In this document: piece by piece, positions 42,901 through 55,422 of the stretch
Position numbering within the stretch: the stretch's first letter is position 1
Layout of the letters: each line of letters opens with the position of its first letter
Assembly (NCBI RefSeq): GCF_009914755.1
Contig: NC_060935.1
From: the human T2T-CHM13v2.0 reference genome, Homo sapiens
DNA: 64,000 nt
Strand: one strand, 5' to 3'
Translations under genes and position numbers: made by a program
Notes under the pieces: generated by a model
Seen by the model: the letters and a program-made list of their open reading frames with translations, nothing else
Told to the model about the DNA's origin: nothing
Databases searched by the model: none

Positions 42901-45013
42901 GGAATAAATTTTGCTGGTTCTTAACATTTTGATGTCCTAAAGATCATTTTAGTATCTTCAGGGTAAAAAATGAATTTTCTCTACACTGTAGTGTAAGGTG
43001 TGGACCATACCTTGCTACCTCTGTATCATTTTCTTTGTCCTCTTTGTTCTTGTTGAAACTTGAACCAATCTTATGGGAAGCTGACTATGGGCCAGGCAGA
43101 GTAGAATGGGAGTTAGATTCATATGATCTGATTCCTTCCCATAGAGAACTCAGAGCTTAGAGTTACATAATATCCTCTAAATCATAGCTCTTAAATTGGT
43201 AGAACTGAGTTTTGAACCATATATTTTGGCCTTCCCGTTGAATGTCTTTTTCACTATAGCAGTGTTCTTGAATAACCCCCATACATATACATACATAGAC
43301 TCACACATATGCATACATACACACACACATACACACCCTTTGTAACTCAGGAAGCCTCATGAGCATATGGTCTAAAGTGTTCACCCCCTTCAGATTGCTT
43401 TTTGCTTATCAGTGATTAAAAGGCTTGGGAGGCATTTGAGAATGTGTGAGGCTGGTAATGAACTGGAGGTCCAACGGGATGAAAAGGGAGGAAAAAGGAG
43501 AGTGTGGTGTTTTATTTTTTGGAACAGACTTCAATAATTATAATTACTAGTATGCTGGTATAAACTTGCCTTTGGAGACACTGTGGTAATTTTGATTTAT
43601 GTCCAGTTAAAACTGCAACAAAACTGCCAATACAGAAGGAATTCTGTGTTTACTCATTTTCTTCAGATAGTAGGCCAAATGGAGAAATTCGTTAAGCCAA
43701 TCCTGAAACACTATACCAAAAACTTAAATGAGCAAAATTAATCACATGTATTGGCAATAGGGGATTCCATGAAAATGTTTCAACTTCTGGCAGCAACTTT
43801 TAAACTTTCTAATTTCAGTAATAAGGCTATTTGCATAACTCTAAATGTAGCAGGCAAATGGTACAAAGAAGAAAGAAGACAGTGTGGTGTAGAGAAAGAA
43901 GGGAACTGGAAATTAAGAAACTTGGCCTTTCTAAACTGGCATAGCTTTGAGACATTGGACAAGTCATTGAATCTTAACTGTGGTTTCATTTTCATATTTA
44001 AAACGAGAGCATTGAATTAAAAGACTTCTAAAATAACTCCTAGTACTAACATTATCATGGTCCTTTGACTATAAAGGTGACCTTAATTGACTTAAGAGTC
44101 AGTTTTCTAGTTATTTCTAAAACTAATAACATTTTAAAAAAATGATTTACTATACTATCACATTTTCTATTCTACTTAAAAGGTCATTGTCCAGTTTGAT
44201 TGCCTTGTAATTCACAAAAATTTAGCCCAGATTAATTTTAATGATTCCTAAAATACCAAGTCCTCTAGCAAAGGTGGAGATTTGCCATTATAGAGGATAT
44301 CCAGTGATGGTACCACAAGTTTTGTGGAGAACTCCCCAAGTGCTTTGGACAGTGGCATTCTTGCTGGAATAAATATGTAGGTTGTAAGGGGATAGTAATA
44401 ATTAGAGTCACTGCTAATATTTGAGTACTTATCAAGTGATAAAACTGTAGATGCTTTTGAAGTATTTAGTTATCAGAATAAACCTTTGAAAAAATGTATG
44501 ATTTTTATCCCCATTTTGCAGATGAAGCACGGGACTTTTGGTTAATGGTTAATAAGCCACTGAGCTGGGATTTGAACCATCACTGGCACCACAGCCTACC
44601 TTCCTAACCACTACACTATGCTAACTACTATATTTATAAAAGTCAAATGTATCAAATTGCCTGATGTATTTCCACAAGTAGACATCATTAATTGTGAAAA
44701 TTCTGCCTTCAAAAAAAGTCCTTTGACATTACTACTAAATTATCTGTCATTCTGAACTGTTTGTTACCATTCTGCAAAAAAAAAAATGAGGCAGTTTTGC
44801 CAAAATGTTTTCAGCAATATCCTTAATAAGCACATTGTTGAGTTCAGCTGACATTTTGTAAGCAAGATTTTCTCAGTGAAGGAAGTAGTCATTCATTGAC
44901 TTACACTCAAGAGCAAACTGCATAAAAATGCCCTTCTCACTTTGCTTTTATGAGCTACCCAAAGTCTGTGTAAACCCAAGAATATAGATGAAACCAACTG
45001 TTTCTGTTCAGAT

Positions 45014-46283
45014 TTTTGTTGTTGTCTCTACTTCTCCATATCTTTATTATTAATTTCCCTGGAAATTAGAACTTTTCTAAAACTGTAAGATATTTAAAAA
45101 TCTTAAAATGTGTTTTCCTTTCTAAAAAGCCTTCTTTAAAGTTACTCATTACTACAGGTTGAGCATCCCTTAGCCAAAATGCTTGGGACTAGAAGTTTCT
45201 CAGGTTTTTTTGTTTGTTTCTTTTTGGAATATTTGCATTATACTTACTGGTTGAGCGTCTGAAATCCCAAATGCTCCAGTGAGCATTTCCTTTGAAGGAA
45301 ATGTTGATCCACTTGTTTATGCTCAAAAAGTTTTGAATTTTGGAGCATTTTTGAATTTTGGATTTTCAGGCTAGGGATGGTCAACCTGTATCACCATATC
45401 TGACATTCCCCCCTGCAACCTGATATTATTTCCTTTGGTGCAGAGTTTCAGAATCAAATTAAGGAAATGTCATGTTTCCACAGATGAGTTCTCTGAAAAA
45501 CTTCCTCTTACAGTGAAAGTCATAGTCCAGGAGAACTTTAGATGTGGAACTTCAGGGCCAGGTGGAAGGCCATTATGAACTCTTGCATTGGCTCTCTTAT
45601 GATCATAAGCCTGAAAGTACAGAATCCTGGAAAAGGAGGCCTCTCTCTGCACCCATGTAATTTTTAAAAAGGAGAGAAAGATATGAAGGGTGCTAAAGCT
45701 TGATCCTAAAAGATCAGGGCAATGAAAACAAATGATAATGAATAACTAGTACTAGAATTAAAAATGTAAGGCATTTTAAAGAGATGGGGTGCCAGTTATA
45801 ATTCAGTTTTGAATACTACATTGCAAAAGAACTATTTTTGAAAATAGTTAAGGGAAAAAATATCTGAATTGTTGAATAAGTTCCCCCTATTTATTCCTGG
45901 TAAACTTCAATCCCATCTTACTGCTTCATTCTAAGTTCTTGTGGAGTGTGAATATCAGCAATTTTCTGACCTTCAAAGAGGAACTTGAATAATTTCATTG
46001 GAACTCTGTGCGTTTTTTGATAGTATGATTCTTTGAGTTTCTTGGGATGTGTTGTCATTTTTACCTTGCAGTGAACCTCACTATTGTCCTGTCTAATGAC
46101 TTTGAATAAAATATATATTTTTTCTTTCTTGTCCCTGAAGTCCATGGTGGAAGCTTTTGCCTCTTGTTTAGACATGATGGTGGTGGCTTTTCTTTCGGAT
46201 CTCCACAAACAGCAGATTCACAGCGGGAGAGTCTTTCTCTCTGAGACTTACAAATCCATGTTTTTTCTTCACAGCTCAACACC
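45014..46283 (-). pseudogene. Full-length processed pseudogene of SUMO1
   Basis: ATG 46175: [19 protein letters not shown]...[15 protein letters not shown]...[17 protein letters not shown], about two-thirds identical to SUMO1 by eye. Stops at 45918-45920 and 45891-45893 precede the GG codons. 5'UTR and long 3'UTR homology, AATAAA at 45043-45048, decayed A tail, candidate TSD TTTCTGTT(C/A)AGAT at 45001-45013 and 46289-46301. Confidence 0.93.
45155..45388. mobile_element. Tigger4a/MER46-type MITE inside the SUMO1 pseudogene 3'UTR
   Basis: TIRs CAGGTTGAGCATCCCT / AGGGATGGTCAACCTG (1 mismatch in 16); TA duplication at 45153-45154 and 45389-45390. Confidence 0.9.
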
Positions 46284-46656
46284 ACTGCTTTCTGTTAAGA
46301 TGTAAACAAGTCTAATAATTTCTTTTTCAAATGCCGTTCTGATGAAAACCTGAGTAGTTAAAAAATACTATTTAAATTACAATTTAAAAATTGTACAATT
46401 ATTAAGTGTACATTAAACACTTGCTAAGTGTACAGCTGTTTATCAGACACAATACAGGAGGGGATACAAAGGAAGAAGACAAGAAGCGAATTGTCTAGTT
46501 GAATAAGATTTAGCTTGTGGAAGAATTAGTGTCAAGATAAATGTATTCAAGTGCTGAACTTCATGGTACATATGCTTACTGAATAAAGCAGCATGAAAGG
46601 TCCTTTGTATCCTTAGTTTATGAGCCTTAAAACAGATTTAGAAAAAGGAAAAGCCA

Positions 46657-46822
<166 letters not shown>

Positions 46823-46895
46823 GTCCCACCTCCCAATACTATGGCAATTAATTTCAACATGAGTTTGGGAGGGTACAAATATTTATACTATAGCA
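46823..46895 (-). mobile_element. MaLR LTR end fragment (MLT1A/MST-like)
   Basis: cccacctcccaatactatggcaattaatttcaacatgagtttgggagggtacaaatatttatactatagca. Confidence 0.65.
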
Positions 46896-48049
46896 CCTAT
46901 AAAATCATCATGGCCTACACCCTCCCACCCCCACTTTGGTAGCGTTTTTAGTTTCTTTGTAGTTATCGATCTATTCAGGTTTTCAACCTCTTATTGAGAC
47001 AATTTGGTAATTTATAGTTTGATAGAAAATCATTCACTTTTCCTGTTTTTTTTTTTTTTTAAATTTATTGGCCTAAAGTTGTATATAATATTCCTTTTAA
47101 ATTGTAAAAATCTTGTCCATATCTGTAGTTTGTTTTGTTTATTGTTTCTAATTCTGAAGTGCTTTTCTGTATACTTCCTCAAGTGTGTTTATTGTGTAAT
47201 GAATACATTTTAAATTAAACTTACTAAAATGCACATGGATAGTATTATGAAAAAATTTGGAATGATTTAGCTTGCTTTTATGCCAAATGTGGTTCTTCTT
47301 GCCTGAAATGAGTTAGTTGAGATGTAAATTGGAAATGCGAAGAGTTGATTATTGTTCTATAACTGTCGCTTCATCAGTGTTGTTAGTTTTTGAGGGTATG
47401 CATATCCTGGTTAGACTTGATGCACTAATTATCACATGCTTTCACACCACCTACCATCTCCTCAATAGAACTTTCCCACCCACGATGCTATTTACTTTTC
47501 CATGAAAGTAGGTTAATTTTATAAGTATTTATAAGCAATAGTATTGTCTTATTTGATGCCATTACCATGAGATTGTGTTCTTCCCAACTATGTGCATGGT
47601 CTAGACAGAGGAATGTAGAAGCAGGCTTTTGGGTAGACTCCTGGTCTTTTGGGAAACTATCATATTTAATAAATCCATCAACGAGTATTTGAGTGATTCC
47701 CATGTGCCTTAGACTGCTGTAGGTGCTGTAGAGGTGCAGAGAATTTATTAGGCATTTAAAGTCTATAGCACTGTAGCTCTGATCAACCTTTCCAGCCTGC
47801 CTCTCATGATATTGCTCTTGTGCCCTCTTTGTTTTATAGCACACAACCCACTTTCTGTTCTGAACGTGTAATGCACTCTGCTTCCTTAATGACTTTGAAA
47901 AGCTATTCCCAATACCCTAAACAGCAGTTCCCTTGCATACAGCTGTCAGAGTCTTAGCTACCCTTCCTTCATATTGGAGCTTAAATGCTGTCTCCTTTAA
48001 TGAGCCTTTCCCAAGAACAAGTTATCTTAGACTAATGTATCCATTTTGC

Positions 48050-48780
48050 AAGGGTACTTAGATTTGTAGATACAGATAACTTCAATAATGTGTTTGATAA
48101 GGTATGTCAGGATAGCTTTGGGAGCAAGATGAAGAGGTGTAAGCTAAATGACAGAAAAGATAGGTCGACTGGTAACTACTTGATGACTTGCTATCTAGAG
48201 GGAAATTTTTAAATGCATGGCATAGGGCTCTGCTATTGACCTAGTCTTTTTCAACATGTCCATTCATTTGATTACTTACCTGCCAAATGTTTATTCAGTA
48301 CTGCATGCTGGAAACTATGCAATATGCTGGGTATACAGTGGTGATCAAGGGAGACATGGTTTTTCCTCTTGAGAATACCACAATCTAAGCCTTTGAACAA
48401 AGATATAGAAAATTGACTAAGTTAATGCAGTGGTAACGTGGAACTTATAGAGACAGTGATTATTGCGTAACGGAATTAGTAAATAAGATCTCTGGGGACT
48501 GGAAAGATAGAATTATATTCAGCTCATCTTAAATTTTAAGATAGAGTTTAATTGTGAAAAGAATATAGTCTTATACTTGAGTCCTAAAACCAACTGTATC
48601 AGAAGAGGGAGGCTTGGCATATGGGCAACAGTCTGAGTAAAAAAAGATACAGAACCTTTAGTCAGTAGTCAAGTCAATATCAATAATCAGTGAGATATTA
48701 CTGCCAGAAAATGTTGGGTTATTAAATTGATAGACATGTAGTGTCTACAATGAGAAATGATCAGTCTTTTCTGGTTTACA
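48050..48780 (+). mobile_element. L3/CR1 fragments with an L2 piece inserted (about 48260-48390)
   Basis: CR1-like RT motifs (tttgataaggtatgtcaggatagc; catagggctctgctattgacctagtctttttcaacat). Confidence 0.55.
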
Positions 48781-49349
48781 AACATTAAACAATGTTCTCA
48801 AGGCAGTTTCCCAGGAGTTTTTCTACGCTTGATATACATCTAAAAAAATAAATTAATTATCACTGAATAAATATTGCATAGCATCTGAGAAAAATAGAAT
48901 CAGAGAAATCTTAAAATAATCATTTTTAATTCCGTGGGTGTCTGTTGTGCTTTGGGGGGTTAAGAGAAGGGTGAGATGTGCCCCTCTGTATTTCTGAGGA
49001 AGGAAAGGGAGTAATCTTTATTACAGTCTGTTACTGAAGGCCTCTATATACAAAGTACTACGGGGAAGCTCAGGAGCACAGACACTACCAAGTTATAGGC
49101 CTAGGTTTTCAAGGAGTGTGGAATCCACTGCTGGAGAAAGCCGGAAAACAAATGATTATAGATGATATGAAGTCTAGATGGAGCATGCTCCCAGTGCTGT
49201 TGAGGGAGACCACAACCCTTACCAAATATTGACTATTCCTGGGCTCCTACTTGAGTTCTTCCTCTTCCAAAATGAATTTGTGGGTCTGTTTTGTACCTAC
49301 AGGTGCCTGGTCTTTTTGCATTGCAGCCTACATACATGACATCTCGTGG

Positions 49350-50005
49350 TCAGGCCTCCAAATGACTTATTTATTTGCCTTGAGAGTAAAGCTCCTTATC
49401 CTAATATACCAGGTTTTCATAATCTGACCTCTGCCTGCCTTTTTACCTCATCTCTTGCCATCCTCTCCCATATGACCCTGTGCTCCAGCCTTGCTAAGCT
49501 GCTTACAGTTCCTGAAAATGTTAGGGTACCTTTTTTTTGTTTTTGTACTTGTTTTTGCTTTTGTCTGGAATATCTTTCTCCCTTTTTATCTAGCTAATTC
49601 CTACTTTTCCTTCAAATGTTGGCTCAGTGTTTACCCCCTCCAAGAAGACTTTTGCTTCCACTTGACCCCGTCCCTAGAATAGATGCTCCTTTTTTATGTT
49701 CAGCCCTTACCCGATGCATGCCTGTGTTGTAGCCTGTATAATGCTGTTATGATTGTTTACAAACCAAGTTGTCTACAAAGTTTGAGCATTATGAAGATAA
49801 TGCTCTGATCTCTGTATTTTTATTACTTAACAGAGGGCATGGTGAACATTTAGGCCTTCAATAAATGTTTATTGCATGAATATGTAAATAAATGGTATAT
49901 TTTTAGAGAGCACAGACTGTCTGCAATGTTTTTTCTCTTAACACTAGACTCAGTATTAGCAACATAGAAAGTGCTCAATGTGAAGACAGGATGAATGAAT
50001 AAATT
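49350..50005 (+). mobile_element. L2 3' fragments
   Basis: ctagctaattcctacttttccttcaaatg...aataaatgtttattgcatgaat...gaatgaatgaat. Confidence 0.65.
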
Positions 50006-50156
50006 TAAAGATACGTTAACATGATCAGATAAGGAATTAGGCTAAAGATTTATAATGTGCAGGTGTTATTTTGACTAATGTGATAATGTGCTCAGTAAAT
50101 GGAATCATGAAGAGATGGCTGTGAAAGAAGGATAATTAATATTTGGATTGAAAGAA

Positions 50157-51160
50157 TGTATTAGTTTTTGATTGCTGGATAATAAATTACCACAAATTTA
50201 GTGGCTTAAAATAATACCTGTTTTATTGTTTCTCGGTTTCTTCTTTAGGCCGGAAATTTGGGAACAGCTGACTTGGTTCTCTGCTTATGGTCTCATGAGG
50301 CTGAAATCAGTGTCAGCTGCGCTGTGTTCTTTTCTGGAGCTCAGGGTCCTTGTTTAAGCTCCCATGGTTTTTGGCAGAGTTCACTTCCTTGTGGTTTATA
50401 GGACTCAGCCTCTTGTTCTCTTGCTGATAGTGGTCTGAGGGCTGCTGTCAGCCCCATTGAGGCCACCTGCAGTTTCTTGCCATGTGGCCCACTTTATAGG
50501 CCCTCTCATGCTTCAAATCTCTTCTTTCAGGAAGGGCCAGTCCCTTTTAAGGGCTTACCTGGTTAGAGCAGACCTACCGTCTGTATTAGTCAGCTTAGAC
50601 TGCCATAACAAAATACCAGTCTGGGTGGTTTTAACAACAGACATTTATTTTCTCAGAGATCTGAAGGCTGGAACTCTGAGATCAAGGTGCCAGCATGGTT
50701 CAGTTTCTGGCGAGGCTCTCTCCCTAGCATACAGATGGCCACCTGCCTGTTGTGACTTCACATAGCCTTTCCTTCTTGCATGCGTGTGGAGAGGGAGAGA
50801 TCTTTTTCTCTTCCTGTTCTTTTGAGGCCACCCTATGACCTCATCAACTTTAATTACCTCCTGAAAGTCTTGTTTCCAAATATAGTCACATTAAGGGTTA
50901 GGATACTTCAACATGAATTTGGGGCGGGGGATGAAGGGATACAGTTCAGCCTATAGCACCCAGCTAATCTCCCTTTTGGTTAACTCAAAGTGAACTGATA
51001 CGTGACCTTAATTATAGCCCCTCAATTCCTTCACCTTGTAAAGTAACATTTCTGGGAGTAATATCCTATGGTGTTTATAAGTCCTGCTAATAACCAAGAG
51101 AAGGGGATTATGCAGAGAATGGGAATCTTGGGGTGACATTTTAGAATTCTGCCTACCCCA
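50157..51160 (-). mobile_element. MLT1 (D/E/F-like) LTR split by a nested MLT1
   Basis: Starts tgtattagtttttgattgctg...aaattaccacaaatttagtggcttaaa; resumes at 50959; ends ttagaattctgcctacccca. Confidence 0.8.
50582..50958 (-). mobile_element. Nested MLT1A/B-like LTR
   Basis: tgtattagtcagcttagactgccataacaaaatacc...cttcaacatgaatttgggg...acagttcagcctatagca. Confidence 0.8.
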
Positions 51161-51444
51161 AAGATAGTGGGATAAAATGCAGCAGCAGATTTAGTTGAGA
51201 TACGAGTTATATTATGAATAGAATCGTAGAATAATGGAAGAGAAAAGCACACAGCAACCTGATATATAAGGGGAGGAATACTGAGCTTGGACACATATAT
51301 TTGGAAGGTTTAACCTAAATAATGTGTCTGTGAAAAAGCACTTTGGAAACTAAAATTATTTAACATGTAAGGTGTTACTGATGCCAAGGTTTGTGGGGAG
51401 ATGATGACAAGATTAGCTTAGGAACGATGGGTTTGTGGGTGGGA

Positions 51445-51710
51445 AATAAGCAGTGAAGACCACGGGCTTTGGAGTTAAACAAACCTGGGTTTAAATAGTG
51501 ATTCTGCCACTTACCAGCTTCAGTTTTCTCACAGGTAGAACGGGAATGATTACGTCTATGGATTTTTGTGAGAATTAAATGAAATATCCATTTCAAGTTT
51601 TTAGCTTAGTGCCTGGCACATAGCCAGCACTAAATAAATATGTATTCATTCACCAACGAATTATTAAATAAATATATTCTATGTGCCAGGCACTGTATTA
51701 GGCCTCAGGT
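51445..51710. mobile_element. MIR followed by an antisense L2 end
   Basis: gggctttggagttaaacaaacctgggttta...gtgcctggcacatag; attcattcaccaac...atgtgccaggcactg. Confidence 0.65.
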
Positions 51711-53432
51711 TTCTGGTAAATATTAATACTATTGTGCCTGAGCTAGATTTCATTGGACTTTGAATTGCCAGGCTAAAACAACAGAGTTTAAATGTTTATT
51801 TAAATCGCCCTGAGCTGTTTTCAAGCAAAGAATAACATCTAATATTAGCTTTTTAGAATTTGTGATTATTTGGTGCTAGTACATGGTGGTTTTTTTCTTT
51901 TGTATAAAGAGCTCAAATTTGCCTGTAGTCATTCTAATTATTGATACACTAAGACTTAAAAGATCTCCATACCTCTTACATCATTGTTTTGATTTTTTGA
52001 AGGACGCTATTGAAATCTGTGTTTTAGGAGAGCATTCTCATGGCAGTGTTCCAAATGGATTGAAAAGGGCAGAGATTAAAAAGGAAGGCCTTTTATTAAC
52101 GCAGAACCAGGGTGCTTACAGTGGGAATGATGAAAAGGAAATTATGCGGATAAGAGCATTGGGAAAGAAGAATCAATAGGTTTAGGTGATTGAACACAGG
52201 AAGTATGAGTGAGGGAAAAGGCAGCACTAATATAATGTGATGTCAGTTCTGGAGCACTGCAGTGATTCATGACTATCATGGAGCGGATTTATTTGATAAA
52301 ATTTATTTGAATAGGTGGATTTATTTGAATAGAATTCTTTAAAAAATGGAAAATTCATTTAGTGTAGAAAAATGTAGATCACGCCTTTTTAGACACCAGA
52401 AAAATCCTTTTATCATCGATGGAAGATGTTATCAACATGACTAGAAGTACATATATGTTAATTACCCATAGATACATAATGAAAGGAACTGTGTAGGCAA
52501 CCACACACTAGCTATTAGAGGGCCTAGAGTATCTAAAAGGTTAGTGTCCATCAGAGAAGAAGAAAGATAAAGTGGTGAGGTACTAGATGCATTAGCACGA
52601 ATCTTTGAAATTGTAAGTTTATGGATTGTGATATTTCTAGTTGTCTCTAAGGAAATATAATTTTAGATGTGTATAAGGCAGGCGTTCTGGATGCTGTTGG
52701 GGAAGATAAACTACAATTAGTAACCGAGCAAATGAAGAACAGGGATTCTTTGGTACTAAGAACAGAATAGAATTGAGAAGAATAAGAGTTGAAGCTAAGA
52801 AACCAGTTAGGGGCTATTGGCTAGGTGGCAGTCTATCTGGGGTGAGGTGAACGGATTTGAAATGGCTTTAATTAAGTCGTTGCTGCTAAATATGTAGAAA
52901 CTGTCTAGGCCTTAGGTTGCTTGATTTTTGTGACAGTGGTCATTCCTCCCTTGATGGGCTGTTCCTTTAACTGCTGTCATACCAGCTCTCCCAGCTGTCC
53001 TTCTGCTTCTCCCTGGATATTCTGGTTCACAATTTTTTGCAGGACTTTTTTCCCCCCTAATTTCTTAAGTATTGATATTCCTCTGGATTCTGTTCTAGGT
53101 TCTGTTTACTCTCATTCTCGCAGTCTTCAGGGTGATCTCATTCACTTTCATAGCGTTCATAACCATCTGTGTGCTAATGACTGCCACATTTTTATCTCTG
53201 GCCAAGATCTGTCTCCTGAGCAACAGATCTTTATATTCAACTCATATTCAACACATCCTCTTGGATGTTACACAGGCACCTCCAACTGAAAATAGAACTT
53301 TCTTCTCAAACTGTTGCTGCCGTGTTCTACATCGCAGTAAATAGCATCACCATTTTTTCTGGTTCCCCAAGCCATATACCAGCAAACATTCTTTTCTTTT
53401 TCTTTGGCAGTGTAATTTATATACAATAAAAT

Positions 53433-53434
53433 AC

Positions 53435-53473
<39 letters not shown>

Positions 53474-53547
53474 TATACACATATATATATACACACATAT
53501 GTATACATATATACACATATATATACACACACACACATATACACACA
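53433..53547 (+). repeat. Compound (TA)n(CA)n microsatellite
   Basis: Seen directly. Confidence 0.95.
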
Positions 53548-53994
53548 GTTTGATGAATTTTAATAAATATACACACCTGTATTGCCATTGTTAAATCAAG
53601 GTATAGAGTATTTTCATTATCCAGAATGTTCCCTCATTTGCCAGAGTTCTGACACCCTCATTCCCATCCCTGGGACACTTTTCTTACTGCCTTATCATTT
53701 ATTAGCTTTCCCTGTTTTTGAACTTCTTATAAGTGGAGTCATACGGGGCACTCTTTTGGTTTCTGGCTTCTTTTGTTTAACATACAATTTTTGGAATTTA
53801 TCCATGTTCTTGTATAGATTAGCAGTGTATTCCTTTTTACTGGTGAAGCAGTATTTCCTTCTATGAATATATTACAGTTTGCTTATTCATTATTCTGTTG
53901 ATGGATATTTGGATTGTTTCTACTTTTTGGCTATTATAAATAAAGCCGATAGGAACACCTTACACAAGTTTTTTGTGGTCATGTGCTTTCTCCT

Positions 53995-54295
53995 ATTTAT
54001 TTATTTATTTGATATTTTAGAGACAGGGACTCATTCTGTCACCAGGCTCGGAGTGCAGTAGTGCAGTCATAGCTCACTGTAACCTCAAGCTCCTGAACTC
54101 AAGGGATTCTCCCTTCAGCCTCCCACGTAGCTGGGAATGGGTGCGCACTACCATGCTTGGCTAATTTAATTTTTTTAGCGACAGCGTCTTGCTGTGTTGC
54201 TGGGGGCTGATCTCAAACTCCTGATGTCAAGTGATTTCTCCCATCTCAGCTTCCCAAAGTGTTGGGATTACAGGCATGAGCCACCGCACCCAGCC
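53995..54295 (-). mobile_element. AluJ
   Basis: Degenerate antisense dimer with J-type diagnostics. Confidence 0.88.
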
Positions 54296-54703
54296 CACAT
54301 TATACCTGAGAGTGAAACTGTTGGCTTATACGAGAGGTGTATATTTAACTTATTAGGTATTGCCACACAGGTTTCCAAAGTAGTTATACATTTTTACAGT
54401 CCCTCCAGCAATGTTTGAAAAGTTCCAGTTGCTCTACCTCTTGCCATCATTTGGTATTGCCAGTTTTGTAAGTTCTAGCCATTATAATAGGCTTGTAGTA
54501 GTGTATCATTTTGATTTTGATTTTTACTTTTATAATGACTAAAGTTATGAGCACCATTTCATGTGCTAATAGCTCATTCTTGTATCTTATTTTTTGAAGT
54601 GTTTGTTCAAATATTTTGCCTATTCTCAATTATTGGGTTGTTTATATTTTTATTTTTATGTAGGAATTCTTTGTGTATTTTGGATAGAAGTCCTTTGTCA
54701 GGT

Positions 54704-54706
<3 letters not shown>

Positions 54707-54746
<40 letters not shown>
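54707..54746 (+). repeat. (CA)20
   Basis: Perfect dinucleotide run. Confidence 0.97.
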
Positions 54747-54749
<3 letters not shown>

Positions 54750-55034
54750 CCCAAGTGTTTTTTTCTCAGTCATGACTTGATTTTTTTTCATTTCCTCAAT
54801 AATGCCCTTAGGACTAATTTTTGCCTAGTCAGAGTTTTTGCATATATTTTCCTATGTGTTATTCCAGAGGCACTGTAGTCTTAGCTTTTACATTTAGGTC
54901 CCTAATCCATCTCAAATTAATCTGTGTGTATGAGGTGAGGTACAGGTTAAGGTTCATTTATTTCCTATATACGTATTAAGTTATTTCACTGCCATTTGTT
55001 GACAAAGTTTTTCTTTTCCTTATTAAAAAATTGA

Positions 55035-55422
<388 letters not shown>

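Noticed and set aside
44044-44082. TACTAAC followed by AAG|GTGACC as a recursive site
   Set aside because: At the edge of a MIR-like relic, with an AAG acceptor and weak donor; compatible with chance.
52285-52332. Three copies of ATTTATTTGA
   Set aside because: Short AT-rich slippage repeat with no further structure.
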